A stretch of 32,000 bases of DNA from Nitrosopumilus sp. (GTDB lineage Archaea; Thermoproteota; Nitrososphaeria; Nitrososphaerales; Nitrosopumilaceae): contig JAOTTS010000007.1 in NCBI GenBank assembly GCA_029864335.1, positions 46,677-78,676 on the forward strand, read 5' to 3'. Positions 25,202 through 32,000 of the stretch are shown here, one piece after another; position 1 is the first letter of the stretch; every line of letters begins with the position of its first letter. The notes under the pieces were generated by a model. That model did not search any database. It was not told the origin of the DNA and worked only from the letters and a program-made list of their open reading frames with translations. The position numbers were made by a program, and so were the translations under genes.

Positions 25202-25314
25202 TAATAGATAGGAACAATATCAAAAAAAATAAATTATGCATTTAACTTTTACGTACAAAAAAACTGGATGAATAATACGCTCATTTTAAATCAAAAAAAT
25301 ACGTTGTATATTGT

Positions 25315-26228
25315 ATGAGCAGAAAAAAACTCAATTATTATTCATTATGGATATTGTCATTGTTAATGATCTGTACTGTTTCTCCAGCGTTTGGAGAAGT
25401 AACTCATCTTCAAGTTAATACTGAGTCTTTTTACAAAGGGGATTAAATAAAATTTTCAGGAGGTGTTGAGGAAAATTCAGTTGGTCTAGTAACTATTGTT
25501 ATTCGTGATCATAACGATGAATTTGTACAGTTAACACAGGCAATAATCAATCATGACGATTCATTTGAAAAAATAATAAAAATCAACGATGATTTTTCTG
25601 AACATGGAGTGTATAATGCAACAGGATTTATTCTTAATATGACAAAAGGGGTAACTACAAATTTTGGAGTTTCACTAAATGGCATTCCAATTATTTTAAA
25701 AAGTATGGAAGACATGGACAAAATAGAAGAAAGGGTCTATAAAGAGATTGACGAAATTGAGCAAATAGAAAATACTCCAATTAGTAAAACTGCAAATTTT
25801 ATAGATCCCAGCAAAGATCCTCAACACTATATTGACAGATACTATAATGAAGCAGCTTACAAATCATGGTTTGATAGAAACTATGGATTAACGATAGAGG
25901 AGGCAGTAAATCAGGACAATAAAATTAATTATGCAGTACACGAATTAATTGTTAAAGAAATTATGCCTGAGGCAGAAGCAACATCATTAGTTCTAGACAC
26001 ACAAACGGTAAATAATAATTCATAGATTGCAGACTTCACTTGCAATTGCAGGATCAGGGATATTATTTGGAGCGGTGATTGGAATAAAGAAAAAAACAGA
26101 TAACAATTCAAAAGAAATTCATTCAGCCACTTATTGGAACCAACCCTAGAGAAATTTTACAAACAAGATTAGCCAAGGGAGAAATTAGTTTGGAGGAATA
26201 TGAAAAATTAAAATCTAAACTAGATTAA
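25315..26228 (+). pseudogene. disrupted gene(s): signal peptide + extracytoplasmic domain + TM helix + SHOCT-like tail, spread over three frames
   Basis: ATG 25315 encodes the signal peptide MSRKKLNYYSLWILSLLMICTVSPAFG. There is an in-frame TAA at 25444-25446, and the same frame is open again from 25447 to 26022. The +1 frame (26012-26149) encodes the TM helix SLAIAGSGILFGAVIGIKKK. The next frame (26088-26228) encodes REILQTRLAKGEISLEEYEKLKSKLD. The last frame switch sits at an A7 tract (26090-26096). Confidence 0.55.
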
Positions 26229-27583
26229 CTAGGAGTCATCATTGAATTTTTTTGAGTTTGTGAAATATTCAAAGATGTTTTTTTAATATTTTCAAAAAAT
26301 TTGGTGATCATATCAATTCCTGCAACAACTTTGGGGGCATTATTTTTTATAAATTCTTCTTTTTCAGAAGCAGATTTTGGTTTGTTATCACTATAATTTT
26401 GATAAACTTTAGAGCCATCATAATCCACATAAGCAATTCTTGCACTAAAATCTGTTCTTTCTAAAACAAGACTATCACCACCTACAATTGCAGTATGATA
26501 TGGATGAACAATCAACGATTCAGATAATTTTTGAGATGTGAAAATTTTGGATTTTTGTAAATCTGTTGCGTAATGATTGAAATCAGCTAAAAGATAGAAT
26601 GTTGCATCAGGTTTTGTAGCTTTTACTCCTTCGATTGATGATAATGCATTGTATGTGTATTCGCCCATGATTTGATGAATGTTACGAGTTATCTCAAAAT
26701 ACTTATTCATGTCTTTACTTATTTCAAATCCTGCTACTGCAGCATGTTGAATTGGAGTTGAAACTGCGGTATATTCTGTGGCAAGAATCTTTTTGAATTG
26801 TGTTTTAAGTTCTACTGCATGCTGTGGAAAAATCACATATCCTAAACGATATCCCCCGGCAGCATGTGATTTTGATAAACCATTTGTCACAAATGTACCT
26901 TCAGGATAAATTTTTCCCATGCTAATAAATTTTGAAAAATCATATGTTGTTTGTGCATAAATTTCATCAGAAATAACTGTAATATTTTGCTCTCTGCATA
27001 CATCAGAAATTTCTTCTAACTCTAATTTGTCATAAAGCAACCCCGTAGGATTATTTGGGTTGTTAAGAATCAAAATCTTTTGTCTATCATGTAATCGTAA
27101 GGCTAACCTCCTCAAATTATTTGGGGATATTTTTTTGTTTGATCTAGTTGGTAGCATATGATAATTTTTCTTTAAAAATCGGATTTGGGGAAGATATCCT
27201 AACCAAGCAGGCGTTGGCAAAATTACAGTTCCGTGCAAAATCTCCAATAGATTAAAGATCAACTCCTTTGTTCCAGGTCCTACATGGATTCTTTCAGGAG
27301 ACACATCCATTCCAAAATAATGTTTATTGTATTTTGATATGGCATTACGTAATTCTGGAATTCCAGAAATGGGTGCATATGCTCCCTTGTCAGCATTTTT
27401 TACCAGTGCGTCTTGAACTAATTTGGGCACTGGAAATGGTGATTGCCCAAATGCAAATCCATAGAATCCAAAACTACATTCAGGGTGTGGGCAGTCAGAA
27501 TGAAATTCCTGTAAAAACGTGTTTAATTTGAGATTCTCAGGCATCTCAATGTCTTCCACCTGCTGATCAACTATAAATTTCAA
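26225..27583 (-). CDS. class I/II PLP-dependent aminotransferase
   Basis: LILNNPNNPTG, the PLP-lysine region NGLSKSHAAGGYRLGY and an Asp in SDEIY. Amino-donor specificity is unresolved. Confidence 0.85.
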   Translation of the reverse strand: MKFIVDQQVEDIEMPENLKLNTFLQEFHSDCPHPECSFGFYGFAFGQSPFPVPKLVQDALVKNADKGAYAPISGIPELRNAISKYNKHYFGMDVSPERIHVGPGTKELIFNLLEILHGTVILPTPAWLGYLPQIRFLKKNYHMLPTRSNKKISPNNLRRLALRLHDRQKILILNNPNNPTGLLYDKLELEEISDVCREQNITVISDEIYAQTTYDFSKFISMGKIYPEGTFVTNGLSKSHAAGGYRLGYVIFPQHAVELKTQFKKILATEYTAVSTPIQHAAVAGFEISKDMNKYFEITRNIHQIMGEYTYNALSSIEGVKATKPDATFYLLADFNHYATDLQKSKIFTSQKLSESLIVHPYHTAIVGGDSLVLERTDFSARIAYVDYDGSKVYQNYSDNKPKSASEKEEFIKNNAPKVVAGIDMITKFFENIKKTSLNISQTQKNSMMTPS

Positions 27584-27653
27584 TAATTTATCTCATCAGA
27601 ATCAGATTTAGATATAAAGCGTGAAATAGTAAATATCAACAAGTGAGATTTTA

Positions 27654-29579
27654 TCAACCTAATTTTGGAATTTCGTCTAACACATTTGGATTTTCGAGGG
27701 ACGATAAATCCCCCAGATCATTTCCCAATAATTTTGATTTCAATAAACGACGCATTATTTTCCCTGTTCTAGTTTTTGGCAAATCAGATATTTGAAAAAC
27801 AAATTTTGGTTTTGCAACTTTGCCAATTTTTTCAGATACATGGTTTGAAATTTCTAATTCTAACCCCGTCTCTGATTTATTATCTGCAACAAAAAATATT
27901 ACAATTGCTTCACCCGTTATTTCATCAGGAATGGCAATAGATGCAGCATCAGATACTTTTTTGTGTAAAATAACAGTTTGCTCAATTTCAGCAGTACTCA
28001 TTCTATGGCCAGATATGTTAATCACATCATCAGCTCTGCCACGCATATACCATAAATTATCTTCATCAACAAAGACGTAATCTCCATGAAACCAGATATT
28101 TTCAAATCGAGACCAGTATGTTTCAATATATCTAGCATCATCATTTAACAATCCCCGAGTCATTGCAGGCCATGGTGATTTGATAACTAAATATCCATTT
28201 TGTTTTCTTACAGAGTTACCATTATCATCAAATACATCAAGATTCATTCCGGGAACAGGAATTCCAACACTGGATGGTTTTAGTTTCATTCCAGGAAATA
28301 CAGACAACATTGCACCACCAATTTCAGTTCCTCCAGATAAATTCATTATGGGAATTTTTTTATTACCAACTTTTTCAAACAGCCACCACCATGAATCTTC
28401 ATCAAGGGGTTCACCAGTAGTAGGGATATTTTTAATTTTATCTAATGAATATAATTTTAGTGGTTCTGCATTATTTTTCTTAAACAATCGAACTGCAGTT
28501 GGCGATATTCCAAAAATAGATGCCTTGTAATCAGACAACATTTTCCAGATTCTGTCCGATGTTGGAAAATCCAATGCACCGTCGTAAATGACGGCGCTAG
28601 CACCCATAATCAAAAGCCCATAGACATTCCACACTTGTCCAGTAATCCAACCAATGTCTGCAGGCCAGAATAAGATGTCATTTTCATGCGTATCTATGAG
28701 ATATGCTGCTTGATGTCCTGCAAAAACTGAAAATCCACCATGGCTATGAATCACACCTTTGGGATTGCCAGTAGTTCCTGAAGTATATAGGATAAAAAGA
28801 GGATCTTCTGAATCCATTATTTCTGTATCACATGAATCATCTTGAGAAGATATGATATTTTCAAATGAAATTATATTTTTAGATTCTAGATGTTCATCTA
28901 TTCCCTTGTATGACACAAGTATTACTTTTTCAACACTGGTGTTTTTTATAGCAGTTTCCATAATCTCTTTTTGAGAAATTGGTTTTCCTTTTCGATAAAA
29001 GCCATCTGAAATAAATAGAATTTTTGCTTTACAATCTTGTAGACGCATATGTAATGATTGTGAACTATATCCTGAGAAAATAGTAGTTTGAATTGCACCA
29101 ATCTTTGATGCAGCAAGAATTGCTAAAATTGCTTCTTCAATCATTGGAAGGTAAATTGCAACTACGTCACCTTTTTTTACCCCGAGTGATTTAAGACCAT
29201 TTGCAAGTTTTGATACTTTAGAATCTAATTCAGAATATGAAATTTTGGATGTACAACCATCTTCAGATACAAAATAATATGCAATTTTCTGTGGATTTTG
29301 TTTTGTAAATTTTTCTACTGAGGATTTATAAATATTCGTCTTACCATTTACAAACCATTTTGACCATGCAATACCTTTTGAAGCATCCAATATTTTTGTA
29401 TATTGTTTATCCCAGACTATTCCAATGTCATGATCAACGGAGTCCCAAAACCATTCTAAATCATTTTTTGCCTTTTGAGACAATTCTTGTAATGAAGATA
29501 TCCCATGCTTTTGCATAAAACGAAAAATGTTTGATTCCCTGATTTGTTTTTCACTTGGAATAAATTCAAAATTAGACAA
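27654..29579 (-). CDS. acs: AMP-forming acetyl-CoA synthetase-like acyl-CoA ligase
   Basis: YTSGTTGNPKGV, WWWLFEKVG, FHGDYVFVDEDNLWYMRGRADDVINISGHRMSTAEIE and LPKTRTGKIMRR. Length (641 aa) and motifs match ACS. The true acyl substrate is not determinable from sequence. Confidence 0.85.
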   Translation of the reverse strand: MSNFEFIPSEKQIRESNIFRFMQKHGISSLQELSQKAKNDLEWFWDSVDHDIGIVWDKQYTKILDASKGIAWSKWFVNGKTNIYKSSVEKFTKQNPQKIAYYFVSEDGCTSKISYSELDSKVSKLANGLKSLGVKKGDVVAIYLPMIEEAILAILAASKIGAIQTTIFSGYSSQSLHMRLQDCKAKILFISDGFYRKGKPISQKEIMETAIKNTSVEKVILVSYKGIDEHLESKNIISFENIISSQDDSCDTEIMDSEDPLFILYTSGTTGNPKGVIHSHGGFSVFAGHQAAYLIDTHENDILFWPADIGWITGQVWNVYGLLIMGASAVIYDGALDFPTSDRIWKMLSDYKASIFGISPTAVRLFKKNNAEPLKLYSLDKIKNIPTTGEPLDEDSWWWLFEKVGNKKIPIMNLSGGTEIGGAMLSVFPGMKLKPSSVGIPVPGMNLDVFDDNGNSVRKQNGYLVIKSPWPAMTRGLLNDDARYIETYWSRFENIWFHGDYVFVDEDNLWYMRGRADDVINISGHRMSTAEIEQTVILHKKVSDAASIAIPDEITGEAIVIFFVADNKSETGLELEISNHVSEKIGKVAKPKFVFQISDLPKTRTGKIMRRLLKSKLLGNDLGDLSSLENPNVLDEIPKLG

Positions 29580-29624
29580 TATTCAATTTTAAGAAACCTA
29601 AAGAGTGTAAAAAGATTTTTAGAT

Positions 29625-29888
29625 TTACGATATGTCTATTCCCAAACGTCGAGCACAAGCAATTGCAGACTTTCCATCATCTTCAGTAATTCCAGCTTTT
29701 AGGAATTTTTCTGTCCAGTTAGTTTCAGTATTCATAGTATTTTCTAGGTAGTATTCTCTCAAAATTTTGCCTATTTGTTCATTTAACCTATGCCTAGTAG
29801 CATCATTCATGCCTTGTTGTAGAATGGATGCATCAGAATTTGCAAGAATTTTAATAAATTCAATATCCTCTAAAAATAGTTCAGTCAT
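29625..29888 (-). CDS. hypothetical protein (87 aa) translationally coupled to gatB
   Basis: Its ATG overlaps the gatB stop (TAATG). The sequence does not resemble GatC. Confidence 0.5.
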   Translation of the reverse strand: MTELFLEDIEFIKILANSDASILQQGMNDATRHRLNEQIGKILREYYLENTMNTETNWTEKFLKAGITEDDGKSAIACARRLGIDIS

Positions 29889-31294
29889 TAAATATCCATC
29901 TGTTTTTTCAATAAATCCAACGTTAATGTGGGGTCTGCTTTTCCTTTTGTTTTTTGCATAACCTTTCCTACTAAATAGTTAATTGTTTGAGGATTTGTTT
30001 TTGCTTGTTCTACTGCCTGTGGTTCTTCAGAAATTACTTGTTGTATAATTTCAGATAGTTCTGAAGCATCAGAGACATTTCCTAAATCCAATTCTGAAAT
30101 AATTGTTGGTAGATCTTTTCCAGTTTTTACAATTTCATATAGTGCATTTTTAGATGAATTTCTGGAAATTTTTCCTGATTGAATGAACTCAGCTAATTCT
30201 CTCAAATGTGTTGCAGTAAGTTTTGATGATTCACGTTTTTCTCTTGTATCGACTAGTCCCATTAAATCAGTGGTGATAATATTTGCAATTTCTTTAGCAG
30301 TTTTTTCTGTATGAGATTCTTCAAATAAATCTGAATAGAATTTGTCAGAAGACAATACATCTGCCACTTGAGATGAAATGTCGTATATTGAGACATATCT
30401 TTCTTTTTTAGAGCTTATACTCTCAGGCATTTCTGATTTTAATTGTTCTTGAATTTTAGAATCAATCTTAATCCAGGGAATATCCCCTTCCAAAAAGTAG
30501 CGATAATCAAGTTCTTCTTCTTTAGAGCGTGCAGAGACAGTAATTTTTCGTTTATCATCCCAATGACGTGTTTCTTGAATGATTGGAATATCTCGAGAAC
30601 TTAAACTCTCTTGTCTAGTAATTTCAAAATGTACAGCTTTTTCTAAATCATGAAAAGATCCAATATTTTTAATTTCAACTTTTTTGCCTCCTTTAATTGA
30701 AACATTTGCATCGGCTCTCATTGCACCCTCTAAACTAGGATCTGCAACACCCAAATTTTCTAATAAATCTGATAAAATATTTAGAAAATCTCGTACTTCT
30801 TTAGGAGTCTCAAAGTCAGGTTCGGTAACAATTTCGACTAATGGCGTGCCTGCACGATTGTAATCTACCAGAGTAATTTGATTTTTTGATGAACTTCCTT
30901 CGTAAATCAGCCTGCCAGGATCCTCCTCTAATTGGATTCTCGTAATTCTAATTTTTTTGTCCCCTACCATAATGGAGCCAGGCCCTCCAATACTGGTATC
31001 TCCATAAATGTTAAGTTGTGTTATTTGGAAATTTTTTGGCAGATCAGGATAGAAGTAATTTTTTCTAAAGAAAGCAATTTTTTCAGGAGTAGAACAATTT
31101 AGAGCCATAGCAATGACTGTAGCTTTCTTTACAGATTCTTTATTTAATCTGGGTAAGCTTCCAGGTAATCCTATACATATGGGACAAATATTTTCATTGA
31201 TTTCAAATTCTCTATAGTTGGCTTTGCATGAACAAAATAATTTACTTTGTAAATTCGTTAATTGACAGTGAATCTCCAATCCTATCATGGTCAT
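29888..31294 (-). CDS. gatB: aspartyl/glutamyl-tRNA amidotransferase subunit B
   Basis: IGLEIHCQL, KLFCSC, CPICIGLPGSLP, DYNRAGTPLVEIVTEPD, ANVS and a C-terminal YqeY-like tail (INYLVGKVMQKTKGKADP). Confidence 0.93.
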   Translation of the reverse strand: MTMIGLEIHCQLTNLQSKLFCSCKANYREFEINENICPICIGLPGSLPRLNKESVKKATVIAMALNCSTPEKIAFFRKNYFYPDLPKNFQITQLNIYGDTSIGGPGSIMVGDKKIRITRIQLEEDPGRLIYEGSSSKNQITLVDYNRAGTPLVEIVTEPDFETPKEVRDFLNILSDLLENLGVADPSLEGAMRADANVSIKGGKKVEIKNIGSFHDLEKAVHFEITRQESLSSRDIPIIQETRHWDDKRKITVSARSKEEELDYRYFLEGDIPWIKIDSKIQEQLKSEMPESISSKKERYVSIYDISSQVADVLSSDKFYSDLFEESHTEKTAKEIANIITTDLMGLVDTREKRESSKLTATHLRELAEFIQSGKISRNSSKNALYEIVKTGKDLPTIISELDLGNVSDASELSEIIQQVISEEPQAVEQAKTNPQTINYLVGKVMQKTKGKADPTLTLDLLKKQMDI

Positions 31295-32000
31295 AGCGGT
31301 ACCTCTGGTAACGTAACAGTTTGCTCTAAAGCATATGCTGCCCTAAGTAATAATTTATCCTGCTTTGAATTTGCAAGAAGTTGAATACCAATCGGCAATC
31401 CTTTTGAATGTGAGAAAGGGATAGAGATTGCAGGCTTTCCTGTAAGATTTGCAGTTACAGTATTAATATCAAGCAAGAATAATGCAACAGGATCATTTAT
31501 TTTTTCACCTAACTTGAATGGAAGAACTGGTACTGTTGGTGCAATTAAAAGATCAAATTTCTTAAATACCTCATTGATTTCTTTTGTAAGTTTACTTTTT
31601 ACTTTTAATGCCTTTAGAAAATATTTTCCTGCATGACCTGCTGACGGAACAAATCCACCAAGAATCATTCTTCTTGTAACTTCAGGACCAAAGTTACGTC
31701 TTGCTTTTGAGATGTAAGAATTAAACTCATATCCTTCAACTGGAAAATCATAACCATATCTTAGATTATCATATCTTGCAAGATTACTTCCAGCTTCTGT
31801 TGCAGTGATAGTATAATATGCAGCTACAGAATATTTTACCATATCAAGTGATACCTCTTCACAAATTGCCCCTAAACTCTCAAGTTTTGATATGGCCTGT
31901 TTTGTTGCACTTAATACTGCAGGATCTATTCCCTCCCCTATCATTTCCTGGATTACGCCTATTTTCTTCCCTTCAATTCCTGAATCTATGCCTGAAAGAT
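31291..32000 (-). CDS. gatA: aspartyl/glutamyl-tRNA amidotransferase subunit A (C-terminal part; N-terminus lies beyond the window edge)
   Basis: Amidase-family C-terminal region (EASSNLARYD-like TEAGSNLARYD, PAISIPF, LPIGIQLL). The frame stays open upstream of the ORF-track Met at 31944 up to position 32000 (...GIEGKKIGVIQEMIGEG). Its stop overlaps the gatB start. Confidence 0.9.
   Translation of the reverse strand, partial: LSGIDSGIEGKKIGVIQEMIGEGIDPAVLSATKQAISKLESLGAICEEVSLDMVKYSVAAYYTITATEAGSNLARYDNLRYGYDFPVEGYEFNSYISKARRNFGPEVTRRMILGGFVPSAGHAGKYFLKALKVKSKLTKEINEVFKKFDLLIAPTVPVLPFKLGEKINDPVALFLLDINTVTANLTGKPAISIPFSHSKGLPIGIQLLANSKQDKLLLRAAYALEQTVTLPEVPL

Noticed and set aside
29625-29888. 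87-aa ORF after gatB as GatC
   Set aside because: Its position suggests GatC, but the sequence lacks the GatC pattern. It has no conserved N-terminal helix motif of the IxxLAxLARL type and no C-terminal loop. It is left as hypothetical.
1-32000. CRISPR arrays, transposases/integrases, prophage or other mobile elements
   Set aside because: No regularly spaced repeats and no recombinase-like ORFs. No terminal inverted repeats were found by eye. The only exact repeats are the 47-bp in-frame duplication and short A/T-rich tandem words.

Overview
Strongly AT-rich, densely coding archaeal chromosome segment. By eye it is about one third G+C; this was not computed. The gene content points to a marine ammonia-oxidising thaumarchaeon (Nitrosopumilus-like), which is an inference from gene content, not a database hit: type II (archaeal) GAPDH, an Hjc-type resolvase, GatA/GatB, an archaeal thiolase with its DUF35 partner, an LLM-family oxidoreductase, a PduO-type corrinoid adenosyltransferase and short intergenic regions with A/T-rich TATA-like boxes. 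Most of the window is ordinary housekeeping metabolism: gap, thrC, ilvA, purK/purE, acs-like ligase, aminotransferase, sugar nucleotidyltransferase, gatAB and one tRNA-Phe(GAA). I found no CRISPR array, no transposase or integrase, no rRNA and no recognisable defence island. I cannot support a claim of a clear new system here. Points worth a second look: (1) a secreted/TM/SHOCT-tail gene at 25315-26228 broken by one nonsense codon and two +1 frame changes, one of them at an A7 tract; (2) several plausible ORFs under 60 aa that the ORF track misses, including a convergent pair of very Cys-rich mini-proteins at 4743-4973 and Zn-ribbon-like mini-ORFs at 13118, 17834 and 18787; (3) a minimal class III nucleotidyl cyclase among small uncharacterised genes; (4) a tightly coupled LLM-thiolase-DUF35 operon with no HMG-CoA synthase; (5) an Hjc-like nuclease with basic N-terminal and Cys/His C-terminal extensions; (6) a run of tRNA-Phe, a Lys-rich charge-segregated protein, two stand-alone RAM proteins and a VOC protein; (7) a perfect in-frame 47-bp duplication. 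All function calls rest on motif recognition by eye. No searches were run.
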